From Acidimicrobiia bacterium (GTDB taxonomy: Bacteria > Actinomycetota > Acidimicrobiia > Spongiisociales > ZC4RG35): a DNA stretch of 64,000 nucleotides. This document shows, in pieces, positions 10,045 through 18,583 of the stretch; position 1 is the stretch's first letter, and each line of letters begins with the position of its first letter. The notes beneath the pieces were generated by a model. It was not told where the DNA came from. It ran no database searches and saw nothing but the letters and a program-made list of their open reading frames with translations. The DNA is taken from the NCBI GenBank assembly GCA_036374335.1, contig DASUUC010000038.1:32070-96069 (forward strand), read 5' to 3'. The position numbers and the translations under genes are program-made.

Positions 10045-10119
10045 CGACCTCAGCACGGATGTGTAGGTTCGAAGGCGGAAGCGACCAACCCTGACCAGGA
10101 AGCGGGGACGGAGGTTCTT

Positions 10120-11235
10120 TTGGAAGGTGATCGCATAGCCGACCTGAGAAGCCACAGCGGCTCGCTCATCTCCCTGTACGCGGCTCGTCCCAGCCCGGGC
10201 GGCTTTGGCGCTCTGCTCTCCGATCTCACCAAGCACATCCGCGAGCGAGCGACAGAGTTGGAGCGCTCGGTGCAGAAGAGTGTTCGTAATGATGCCGAGC
10301 GAATCCACCGTCTTGCCGATCAACTGGAATTCGACTCGGCGCCGGGATACGCCGTGTTTGCCTCGGATTTGGACGGGACCTTTGTCATCGAGCCGCTGGG
10401 CTATCCGACGCCAAATGTCTCGACCATCGGGCCCCGGCCGTATATGAGGCCCCTTCGAGCGGCGCCGCGCGCCATACGAAGCGGAATACTCCTCGCCAAC
10501 AACACTTTGGCGAGGACGTTCACGGCTATGGAGGGAATCGTCGATGAGATCAACCCTCCAATCGGCGTCGACATCGGCAACCGAAGCTGGGGCGGGTTCT
10601 CGGGTTATGAGGAGCACACGGTGAGGTCGCGGGCCGAGGTGGTGACCACCAAGCTCTGGCGGGAGGCGGGGGAGCGACTGCTCGACAGCCACATGGACAA
10701 GCCATTCGACTACCTGGCGATCGGCGGCCACGACGAGACTCTCGACGAGATCGCCAGACCCCTGCATCCCTACCTGACTCGTCTGCCTCGCGCCACCTTC
10801 AACGTCAACCCGCAGGTGATCAGTCTTCCCGGTCTTCGTGCTGAGGTGGCCACGATGGACAAACAGATGCGACAGCACCGACAGAGTGCTCTAGCCGGGA
10901 GAGTCTGCGACACGGCCTGGAGCGGTGGCAATGCCCTTCTCGGACTTCAGGAGGCACTCGATGCCGCCAATGCCCAGGCGATCGACACCCTTGTCGTCGC
11001 CGGGCCCTTCCGCCGTCCCGGTGCGATCTGTGACGCATGTGGTCACCTGGTGCGTGATGGTGAGAACTGTCCGATCTGTGGTGCTCCACTCTTCGCGGTC
11101 GACGACATCGTGGGGGCGGTCATGGAGTCGGTGGTGGGCGCCGGCGGTGTCGTGTCGCAGATCTCGGTTGCTTCGCCCCTCGACCGCCACGGGGTCGGAG
11201 CGTTGACCCGGTTCCCGGTGGCTGTCCACTCCTGA
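10120..11235 (+). CDS. hypothetical protein with C-terminal CxxC...CxxC zinc ribbon; possibly an eRF1/Pelota-like (baeRF) fold
   Basis: TTG start preceded by GGACGGAGG (SD-like). C-terminus has CDACGHLVRDGENCPICGAPL. The eRF1-like assignment is tentative, from overall layout only. Confidence 0.35.
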   Translation: MEGDRIADLRSHSGSLISLYAARPSPGGFGALLSDLTKHIRERATELERSVQKSVRNDAERIHRLADQLEFDSAPGYAVFASDLDGTFVIEPLGYPTPNVSTIGPRPYMRPLRAAPRAIRSGILLANNTLARTFTAMEGIVDEINPPIGVDIGNRSWGGFSGYEEHTVRSRAEVVTTKLWREAGERLLDSHMDKPFDYLAIGGHDETLDEIARPLHPYLTRLPRATFNVNPQVISLPGLRAEVATMDKQMRQHRQSALAGRVCDTAWSGGNALLGLQEALDAANAQAIDTLVVAGPFRRPGAICDACGHLVRDGENCPICGAPLFAVDDIVGAVMESVVGAGGVVSQISVASPLDRHGVGALTRFPVAVHS

Positions 11236-11276
11236 CCGAACGGCGGTCGGGAAACCGGGACACTAGATTCCAGATC

Positions 11277-11873
11277 ATGTCGACTGCCGCCGTCGTGCTG
11301 GCCGCCGGAGGCTCGAGACGCCTCGGTCGGACCAAGCAACTGGAGCAATGGGGGGAGTCGAATCTCCTTGGCCATGTGGTTGCACGTACCCGTGATTTCC
11401 CGGTGGACGAGGTGTGGGTGGTGCTCGGCCACGACGCCGACCAGATCCTCGCCGAGACCGACCTCGGAGATGTCTACATCATCGAGAACTTCGAATGGGA
11501 AGAGGGGATCGCGTCCTCGCTACGGGTTGCCTTGGATGCATTGACCCGGCTCTCCCGTTGCGATCGTGCCCTGGTTGTCATTGGTGACCAACCCGAGGTG
11601 CCACTCGAAGTGGTCACCGAGCTTCTCGATTCTCATGCCCGGTCCGGTAAGCCGGTGACGGTTCCCAAGTACCGCTACAGCTGGGGCAACCCGGTGGTGG
11701 TCGATCGGTCGCTTTGGGCCCGTTTGATGTCCCTGGAGGGCGATGAGGGGGCGAAGCGGTTGTGGCAGGCACATCCGGAATGGGTGAACGAGGTCTGGTT
11801 CTCCGAGACGGCCCCGCGTGACGTCGACACAGAGGCTGACATCGACGAGTTGAAGCCTCGCCATCCGGCCTGA
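11277..11873 (+). CDS. MobA-like NTP transferase domain protein (molybdenum cofactor cytidylyl/guanylyl-transferase family)
   Basis: N-terminus AAVVLAAGGSRRLGRTKQL is the glycine-rich nucleotide-binding loop of MobA/MocA-type proteins. 198 aa. Confidence 0.65.
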   Translation: MSTAAVVLAAGGSRRLGRTKQLEQWGESNLLGHVVARTRDFPVDEVWVVLGHDADQILAETDLGDVYIIENFEWEEGIASSLRVALDALTRLSRCDRALVVIGDQPEVPLEVVTELLDSHARSGKPVTVPKYRYSWGNPVVVDRSLWARLMSLEGDEGAKRLWQAHPEWVNEVWFSETAPRDVDTEADIDELKPRHPA

Positions 11874-11937
11874 GTTTGGGTGGTTTCGTTTGTCTATATT
11901 CGGGTAGTGGATCAACCTCGGTGAAGAGAAGGGTGAG

Positions 11938-12342
11938 ATGGCGCGGATCGACCAAGTAGCTGGCATCGGTCACCGGGAAGCAACAAAACTGCGGAAAGCC
12001 GGAGTTCGTACCAGCAAATCCCTCGCCGAATTTGCCTCGACCCGCCGTGGCCGTACTGAGCTAGCGAAGAAGACCGGACTCACTCCGAAAGACCTCCAGC
12101 TCTGGGTTCACCACGCGGATCTCTTGCGGGTGCGCGGAGTAGGCGCCGAATACGCCACTCTCTTGGTTCAGGCTGGAGTCGACACCCTCCGCGACCTGAG
12201 GAGACGGAACCCGACTGCGTTGCTTGCCAAGATCATCGGCATGAACGGCTCGAAGAAGGTCGTGGACAGGCTACCGACCGAGGCCATGGTGGAAGGCTGG
12301 ATCAGCGATGCCGCCGACCTGGACCCCGCCATCAACCCATGA
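11938..12342 (+). CDS. DUF4332 domain protein (helix-hairpin-helix)
   Basis: IDQVAGIGHREATKLRKAGVRT...LLRVRGVGAEYATLLVQAGVDTLRDL gives two HhH-like repeats characteristic of DUF4332. Confidence 0.55.
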   Translation: MARIDQVAGIGHREATKLRKAGVRTSKSLAEFASTRRGRTELAKKTGLTPKDLQLWVHHADLLRVRGVGAEYATLLVQAGVDTLRDLRRRNPTALLAKIIGMNGSKKVVDRLPTEAMVEGWISDAADLDPAINP

Positions 12343-12343
12343 C

Positions 12344-12384
12344 GCGTTCCTAATGCTGTGACTCCCATATATGGGAGTCACAGC
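12344..12384. repeat. copy 2 (inverted orientation) of the ~37-bp palindromic element; contains a 30-bp perfect palindrome GCTGTGACTCCCATATATGGGAGTCACAGC
   Basis: Begins 2 nt after the stop of the DUF4332 gene. GCGTTCCTAATGCTG is the reverse complement of CAGCATTAGGAACGC seen in copies 1 and 3. Confidence 0.8.
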
Positions 12385-12532
12385 GTCTCGTTCAGGATCA
12401 TCGAGCCCTCGGGTCCTCAGCTGACCCCGAGGACCGGGAGGAGTTGGGGTCTATTGGACCACTGTTCACCGTGAGCGAGCACTTCGGTCCACCAGACCTG
12501 GATCAGGCGTCGGAGTCGTGCGTCCTTCCAAT

Positions 12533-12566
12533 AGAAAAGGGGTCCCGAAACGGGACCCCTTTTCCG
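12533..12566. terminator. bidirectional Rho-independent terminator
   Basis: AAAAGGGGTCCCG-AAA-CGGGACCCCTTTT. GC stem flanked by an A-tract on one side and a T-tract on the other. Sits just downstream of the minus-strand HbhA-like gene (stop at 12584). Confidence 0.7.
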
Positions 12567-12583
12567 TGTGAGGAGGAGTGAGC

Positions 12584-13111
12584 TCAGGAAGCCGACTTGG
12601 CCTTGGAGGCAGTCGACTTCGCCGAACTCGTCTTCGCAGCCGTGGACGACTTAGTCGTCTTGGCAGCAGAAGCCTTGGCCGCCGGCTTCTTCGTAGCCGG
12701 CTTCTTGGCTGTGGTCTTGGCAGCGGGCTTGCTCGGGGCGGGCTTGTCAGCGGGCTTGCTCGCGGCGGGCCTGTCCGTTGCGGTCTCGTCCGCCTTCTCG
12801 GGTCGGAAGGAGTGTCGCCAGGTGGCGAGCATGTCCTCGAGTTGATCGCGCAGCTTGCTCACCTGCTCCTTGGCCTGGTCGAAATCCACCTTCTGGGATA
12901 TCTCCTCGACGACCTTGCCCTCGCGAATACCGGAGACGACCTTCTCGCCTTCGGTGGCCCACTCGTCGATCGTCTTGTTGGCGGCCTTGGTGTAGTTGGT
13001 CGTCTCCTCGGAGAAGCGGCCTTTGAGCGTGCTCACCTGGTCACTGACCTTTCGGGCGGCAACCACGGGGGCGCCAACTGCTGCGTACAGAACGTTTTTC
13101 GCCTGCATCAT
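12584..13111 (-). CDS. HbhA-like (heparin-binding hemagglutinin family) protein with Lys/Ala/Pro-rich basic C-terminal tail
   Basis: N-terminal region with AAVGAPVVAARKV and a coiled-coil segment. C-terminal PAASKPADKPAPSKPAAKTTAKKPATKKPAAK repeats resemble mycobacterial HbhA. The start ATG overlaps the upstream XRE stop (TAATG). Confidence 0.6.
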   Translation of the reverse strand: MMQAKNVLYAAVGAPVVAARKVSDQVSTLKGRFSEETTNYTKAANKTIDEWATEGEKVVSGIREGKVVEEISQKVDFDQAKEQVSKLRDQLEDMLATWRHSFRPEKADETATDRPAASKPADKPAPSKPAAKTTAKKPATKKPAAKASAAKTTKSSTAAKTSSAKSTASKAKSAS

Positions 13112-13476
13112 TACTCCTGTTCTCGAACTGAATCTGTTCCATTGGACCGGACCAGGGCCCGGTACATGTCGAGCAAAACTCGCTTCTGCTCACCGGTGAG
13201 CTTTTCATCGCCGTCGATTGCCTCGAACACCGACACCGGTGGCATCTCCTCATCGATCAGTCCTGCCCTGCTGTACAGGGAATTGGACGAGATCTCGAGG
13301 GCACGAGCAAGATTTTTGAGAATCTCGGCCGAGGGTCTGCGAATCCCTCGTTCGATCTGGCTCAGATACGGGTTCGATATTCCCGCGCTCTCAGCCAGCC
13401 GTCGGAGGGAAAGATTCGCTCGCTCTCGCTGGGCTCTGATGAATCCACCCAGGTCGCCGTGCTTGCTCTCGTTCAC
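13111..13476 (-). CDS. XRE family helix-turn-helix transcriptional regulator
   Basis: HTH LSLRRLAESAGISNPYLSQIERGIRRPSAEIL. GTG start at 13476 chosen; the ORF runs to 13581 but would then overlap the divergent DAHP synthase gene. Translationally coupled to the HbhA-like gene. This synteny matches M. tuberculosis Rv0474-hbhA (established knowledge). Confidence 0.65.
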   Translation of the reverse strand: MNESKHGDLGGFIRAQRERANLSLRRLAESAGISNPYLSQIERGIRRPSAEILKNLARALEISSNSLYSRAGLIDEEMPPVSVFEAIDGDEKLTGEQKRVLLDMYRALVRSNGTDSVREQE

Positions 13477-13537
13477 CTTCTGTGAGCATACAGCAAGCTG
13501 CTTGCTTTTGCAAGCGTAAGTTAGCAGAGCCAGATTC

Positions 13538-14593
13538 GTGAACGTGGCTACTCTCGACCGCGCGCCCATGATCATTGTCATGCACTCAGACGCGACCCGG
13601 GATGAGATCGCCGAAGTGGTCGAAAGATTGCGAGCCTCGGGGGCCGCAGCCAGCGTGTCGACACAGGACGGCCGGACGGTCGTGGAAGGTTCTGTGGATG
13701 CCCGTCTCTATGAGGAGGCACCGTGGGATTCGTTCCCTGGGGTGGAAAGCGTCTATCCCTCGATCCGGGGTGGTCGTCAGGTGGGCAGGGAGTTCAAGTC
13801 AGAGGACACGGTCGTGGCGGTAGGCGGTGAGGTTTCGATCGGCGACGGTTCGTTGGTGGTGGCAGCCGGGCCCTGTGCGGTGGAGAGCCGGGACCAGATG
13901 ATCGGGACTGCCCGAGCCGTCAAGGAATCCGGTGCTCGAATTCTCCGTGGCGATGCCTTCAAGCCGAGGACCTCCCCGTACACCTTTCAGGGCCTGGGAA
14001 AGGCGGGACTCGAGATCCTGGCCGAGGCGAGAGAGATCACGGGGCTCCCATTCGTGGCCGAGGTACTCGACCCTCGTGATGTCGACCTGGTTGCGTCCTA
14101 CGCGGACATGTTGCGGATCGGCACCCGCAACATGTCCAACTACGCCCTTCTCCGTGAAGTAGGACTCTCTGAGAAGCCGGTCCTGCTCAAGCGTGGTCGA
14201 GGTTCAACCATTGAGGAGTGGATCGACGCCGCCGAGTACATCCATAGCGCGGGCAATCCCAACATCGTCCTCGTCGAGCGCGGTGTGCGAGGTTTTGACA
14301 GCTCGGTGCGCAACACCCTCGACTTGGCTGCAGTTCCTGTTGCGAAGAGACTCACCCATCTCCCGGTGATGGTCGATCCGTCGCATGCATCGGGGCGGAG
14401 AGACCTCGTGGCCCCCCTGGCCCGAGCAGCTATCGCGGTCGGTGCCGACGGAGTACTCATCGACGTCCACCCATCACCGGAGACGGCGCTGGTGGACGGA
14501 GCACAGGCCCTCCTGCCAACCGAGTTCGACGAGCTGATGGTCACCCTCCGGACCGTGGCAGAGGCCGTCAAGAATCCTTTCCAGACCTCCTGA
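13538..14593 (+). CDS. 3-deoxy-7-phosphoheptulonate (DAHP) synthase with N-terminal regulatory domain
   Basis: C-terminal catalytic barrel with KPRTSPYxFQG, LAEV and VMVDPSH motifs. ~80-aa N-terminal ferredoxin-like domain. Alternative start at 13568 (MIIVMHSD...). Confidence 0.8.
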   Translation: MNVATLDRAPMIIVMHSDATRDEIAEVVERLRASGAAASVSTQDGRTVVEGSVDARLYEEAPWDSFPGVESVYPSIRGGRQVGREFKSEDTVVAVGGEVSIGDGSLVVAAGPCAVESRDQMIGTARAVKESGARILRGDAFKPRTSPYTFQGLGKAGLEILAEAREITGLPFVAEVLDPRDVDLVASYADMLRIGTRNMSNYALLREVGLSEKPVLLKRGRGSTIEEWIDAAEYIHSAGNPNIVLVERGVRGFDSSVRNTLDLAAVPVAKRLTHLPVMVDPSHASGRRDLVAPLARAAIAVGADGVLIDVHPSPETALVDGAQALLPTEFDELMVTLRTVAEAVKNPFQTS

Positions 14594-14627
14594 CTCCCGT
14601 ATATGGGAGCTACAGCATTAGGAACGC
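14591..14627. repeat. copy 3 of the ~37-bp palindromic element (TGACTCCCGTATATGGGAGCTACAGCATTAGGAACGC)
   Basis: Starts at the DAHP synthase stop codon and ends 9 nt before the stop of the convergent amidohydrolase gene. Confidence 0.8.
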
Positions 14628-15775
14628 GATAGCCCGATCAGCGCGGTGACCCCGGCGTGGATGGCGAAGGGGAGGGCGGATTCGTTGAAGGCGAAGCTGG
14701 CGGAGTGGAGGTCGCCGCCTCCCGAGGCGGCTCCGAGACGCAGTAGGGCTCCCCTGGTCACCGTCAAGTAGCTGGAGAAGTCCTCGCCCCCCATCGAGGT
14801 CCCGGTATCGACGACTGTGTCGGCTCCCAGTGCCGACCGGATCGCTTTGGTTGCGGCATTGACGATCGGCCCGTCGTTGACCACGGGAGCTATTCCCTGT
14901 CGGTAGTCGAGGGTGTAGCCGGCCCCGCTGAGAGCCAGGATGGATCCCAGCGTCTTGTCGACCAGAGAAGGGAGCACATCCCACAGTCCGGGGTCCAGCG
15001 TCCGCACCGTTCCTTTCAATACCACTTCAGTGGGGATCACGTTTGCGGCATCGCCACCGTGGATAGAGCCGAACGCGGTGACGATCGCAGAGCGGGCGTC
15101 GATCGAGGTGCGAATCGCGTTTGGCAGTTCCGCCGCAACCCGCGCCGCGGCTCCTATCAGGTCGACGGTTTTATGAGGTCGAGACGTGTGGCCACCTGGT
15201 CCGTGGATCACGATCGTCAACGCGTCGGCCCCGGCTGTTATCGCCCCGACCCGACTTCCTATCCTGCCGACCCGCAGAGCGGGGTCGACGTGGAAGGCGA
15301 GCAGGGCTGCGAGTCCGTCGACCACTCCCTCATCGACCAGTTCGACTGCCCCTCCGGGAAACGCCTCTTCGGCAGGTTGGAAGATGATGCGGAATCCGGC
15401 ATCGAGGTCGAGCCTGGCCAACACCACCGCGATGCCGGCGGCGATCGCGGCGTGGGCATCGTGACCACAGGCGTGCATCCAGCCCTCGGTCTCGGACCGG
15501 GGTGAGTTCTCCTCGGGCTCCCTGATGGGGAGAGCGTCGATGTCGGCGCGGAACCCCACCGCTCTCGGCTCGTTGCCGATGTCAACCCAGCCTCCGGTCT
15601 TCGGGTGTCTGTCGTAGAACTGGAGGCCACGGGTCTCGAGGAACCGTCCGATCAGCTCCGTTGTCCTGTGTTCTCGCTGTGCCGGCTCGGGATATCGATG
15701 GAGAAGACGGCGTAGCTCGAGCGCCTCTTGAGCGATCTCCTCTACGAGCCCCGCCAGCTCCTCAGGGCCAGGCAT
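14618..15775 (-). CDS. M20 family amidohydrolase (N-acyl-amino acid amidohydrolase/hippuricase type)
   Basis: HACGHDAH metal-binding motif with the M20D layout. 385 aa. Confidence 0.7.
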   Translation of the reverse strand: MPGPEELAGLVEEIAQEALELRRLLHRYPEPAQREHRTTELIGRFLETRGLQFYDRHPKTGGWVDIGNEPRAVGFRADIDALPIREPEENSPRSETEGWMHACGHDAHAAIAAGIAVVLARLDLDAGFRIIFQPAEEAFPGGAVELVDEGVVDGLAALLAFHVDPALRVGRIGSRVGAITAGADALTIVIHGPGGHTSRPHKTVDLIGAAARVAAELPNAIRTSIDARSAIVTAFGSIHGGDAANVIPTEVVLKGTVRTLDPGLWDVLPSLVDKTLGSILALSGAGYTLDYRQGIAPVVNDGPIVNAATKAIRSALGADTVVDTGTSMGGEDFSSYLTVTRGALLRLGAASGGGDLHSASFAFNESALPFAIHAGVTALIGLSRS

Positions 15776-15805
15776 CCGTCGAGATTAGTGGGCCGTCGCG
15801 ACTGC

Positions 15806-18583
15806 TCACTCATAGAAGAGGGACTCGAAGGTACGTCTCGCTCGTCTGGTGTAGCGGCGATATTGCTCGCGCAGCTCCCCGGTGCGATCGAATCCCAAGG
15901 AGACGGCGAGTCTCGCAGTGGCGTCAACATCGGTGGGCAGCGAGTCCGAGTAGTGCCCGCTCTGCAGGTGAAGTCGGAGTCGAGCCCGGGTGCAGAAGAG
16001 ATAGGCATCGTGCAGGGCGTTGTAGTCATCGCTGCCGAGTAGCTCGGCGTGGTGCAGAGCGCGCAATGCTGGAAACGTGCCCGTCACCCGTAGCTCGGGG
16101 ATGGCGTTTCCGTGTCTCAGCTGCAGCAATTGAACCAAGAACTCGACGTCGCTCAGTCCTCCCGGGCCCAACTTGAGGTGGAAGTCAGGATCTTCATCGG
16201 TGGGGATTCGCTCCGACTCGATCCGGGCTTTGATCGTGCGGATCCCCCGGACGATCGACTCGTCGAGCTCCTCTCTCCACACGACCGGTTCGAGGATCTC
16301 GAAATAACCTCGAAGCAGCATGTCGTCGCCACCGGCCGGTCTTGCTTTCACCAATGCCAGTAGCTCCCAAGGCTCGACCCACTCCTCGTAGTAGCGCTGG
16401 TAAGAGTCGAGTGAGCGGGAAAGGGGGCCTTTCTTACCCTCCGGTCGCAGGCCGGCATCCAGCTCGTAGGCGTCACCGTGACGATTGGGCAGGGCAAGCA
16501 CCCTCTCCAGCGCAACGGCCAATTGTGCGCCTCGCTCCGCGGTCGCGCTGCCGTGGACGTAGAGAAGATCGATGTCCGAGCCATATGACAGCTCCTGACC
16601 GCCCCACTTGCCCATTGCGATGACCGCAATCCGATCGTCCGGTTCGGAGATCATGTGAAGCGCAGCTGCCACCGCCGCATCAGCGCTGTCCGACAACGCG
16701 TGGAGGGTCGATTCGGGAGCCGAACCGCCCAGGATGTCGCGAGCCGCGATCCGCAGTTTCCGTCGACGAACGAAACGGCGGATGGTTCCAATCTTCGCCT
16801 CCTCCTGAGCTCGGCTGTCGAGGACACCGATGAGGCGCGCCGTCGCATCCTCCCGATCGCGGATGTGGTCGATCGCCTCGTCGTCGGCGAGCCGCGGGAT
16901 GAACTCGGGAATCCTGTCGATGAGATCACCCAGGAGCTTGCCCGTGCCCAACAGTTTGCATAATCGTTCTCCGGCCACGGGGTTGTTCTGGAGAATCGTG
17001 ATCAGTGCGGCGTGGTCCCTGGTATGAGCCATTAGCAGTCTCAACTGGCCGAGACCCAGGTCCGGGTCGGGTGATTGCGACAGCCAGTCCAGCATCAACG
17101 GGAGCACCTGGTGCATCACCCGGGAGCGACGGCTCAGGCCCGATGTGAGTTCGCTGACGGCTCTCGTCGCGCCGACGACGTCCCGGTAGCCGAGGGCCTC
17201 GAGTCGGATTGCGGCGGTCGCCGGGTCGAGGCGAGCGTCCTCCAAACCGACGAGCGACTCGAGGATCGGCCGGAAATAGAGGCGCTCATGGAGGTTCCGA
17301 GCCGACTCACGTACCTCCGCCAGCCGCCGGTCCAGCTCCTCGGCGGGGTTGGCGGTGAAGCCGAGGGCCCGTCCCAGCCAGTTGCGGTCCGCCTCAGATG
17401 CCGGAAGGGTATGGGTCTGTTTCAGCTCACGAAGCTGGAGCCTGTGCTCCACGTCTCTGAGGAATCGATATGCATCTGTGAGCCTCCCCGCCTCGTCGTC
17501 TTCGATGTAACCGTGACGGTTCAACGCCTCGATCGCTGCGATGGTCGAGGGGACACGCAAGTCGACGTCGAAGCGGCCGTGAACCAACTGGAGCAACTGA
17601 ACCGCGAATTCGATATCGCGGATTCCTCCTCGTGATCTCTTGATATCGACTGGCCTGGCTCCGTCTTCCGCCCGGGCCTTGAGGGCGCGGATGCTGCGGA
17701 GCGCGTCTACGTCGAGCCCTTCGTCCCAGATGATGCGGTCACACATTGCCCGGAAACGCTTCCCCAACTCGACGTCTCCGACTGCCGGCCTCGCCTTGAG
17801 CAATGCCTGCAGCTCCCACGCCTCGCTCCATCGGTCGTAGTAGCCCGAGTAGCCCTCGAGACTCCGCGAAAGAGGACCCATCGTTCCCTCCGGACGCAGG
17901 TCGGCGTCGACATTGAGAGTGGGACCGTCAAAGGTGGGCGCCGTCAAGGTCGAGATCAGCCGGCTTGCGATGCCCTGAGCGGCGGCGCGACTGTCCGCAT
18001 CCTGTCCAGGGACCGGCTCGTGGACGAACACGAGGTCGATGTCGGAGTAGTAGTTGAGCTCCTTCGCCCCCCATTTGCCCATGGCGATGACGGCAAACCC
18101 GATATCCCGGGCGATGGGATGGCGATCTGCCACTTGCTCGACCGCGGCGCTCAGCGCTTCGGATACGAGCGCGTCCATGGCGTCGGAGAACCGGGCAGTG
18201 GTGGCCACGAGATCCCATCGTCCCTGGATGTCGGCAAGGGCGACTTCGATGAGAATCGCCTGCAGACGCAGGCTGATGGAGTCCTCCTGGCGCGGACCTT
18301 CGAGGAGACGGGGTCTCCGCAGCAATGCGTCGGCCAGCGGCGGGCTGACCTTTCTCAGAGTCTCGGCTGCGCTCTCGACCTCAATCACCGGGCCCAGGCT
18401 ATGGGGTCGGCTCCAGGAATGTGGATCGACGGCGTATCGTGACGGCATGGCCCTGAGAGTCGCCGGAGCCCAGTTGAATCTGACCGTTGGGGACATCTGC
18501 GGGAACGAGGAGAAGATCGCTGCCGCAATGACGAGGGCGGCCGACGCGGGAGCGGATGTCCTCATGGTGCCTGAACTGGCCAT
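15806..18583 (-). CDS. glnE: bifunctional [glutamine synthetase] adenylyltransferase/adenylyl-removing enzyme
   Basis: Two nucleotidyltransferase modules (VIAMGKWGAKELNYYSDIDLVFV and IAVIAMGKWGGQELSYGSDIDLLYV). 925 aa. Start uncertain (Met at 18583, 18565, 18496 or 18448). Confidence 0.85.
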   Translation of the reverse strand: MASSGTMRTSAPASAALVIAAAIFSSFPQMSPTVRFNWAPATLRAMPSRYAVDPHSWSRPHSLGPVIEVESAAETLRKVSPPLADALLRRPRLLEGPRQEDSISLRLQAILIEVALADIQGRWDLVATTARFSDAMDALVSEALSAAVEQVADRHPIARDIGFAVIAMGKWGAKELNYYSDIDLVFVHEPVPGQDADSRAAAQGIASRLISTLTAPTFDGPTLNVDADLRPEGTMGPLSRSLEGYSGYYDRWSEAWELQALLKARPAVGDVELGKRFRAMCDRIIWDEGLDVDALRSIRALKARAEDGARPVDIKRSRGGIRDIEFAVQLLQLVHGRFDVDLRVPSTIAAIEALNRHGYIEDDEAGRLTDAYRFLRDVEHRLQLRELKQTHTLPASEADRNWLGRALGFTANPAEELDRRLAEVRESARNLHERLYFRPILESLVGLEDARLDPATAAIRLEALGYRDVVGATRAVSELTSGLSRRSRVMHQVLPLMLDWLSQSPDPDLGLGQLRLLMAHTRDHAALITILQNNPVAGERLCKLLGTGKLLGDLIDRIPEFIPRLADDEAIDHIRDREDATARLIGVLDSRAQEEAKIGTIRRFVRRRKLRIAARDILGGSAPESTLHALSDSADAAVAAALHMISEPDDRIAVIAMGKWGGQELSYGSDIDLLYVHGSATAERGAQLAVALERVLALPNRHGDAYELDAGLRPEGKKGPLSRSLDSYQRYYEEWVEPWELLALVKARPAGGDDMLLRGYFEILEPVVWREELDESIVRGIRTIKARIESERIPTDEDPDFHLKLGPGGLSDVEFLVQLLQLRHGNAIPELRVTGTFPALRALHHAELLGSDDYNALHDAYLFCTRARLRLHLQSGHYSDSLPTDVDATARLAVSLGFDRTGELREQYRRYTRRARRTFESLFYE

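Noticed and set aside
12385-12532. Possible small ORF or sRNA between the DUF4332 gene and the terminator
   Set aside because: No ORF with start, RBS and coding-like GC3. Only a 7-bp hairpin (GGTCCTC/GAGGACC) was seen, which is insufficient to call an sRNA.
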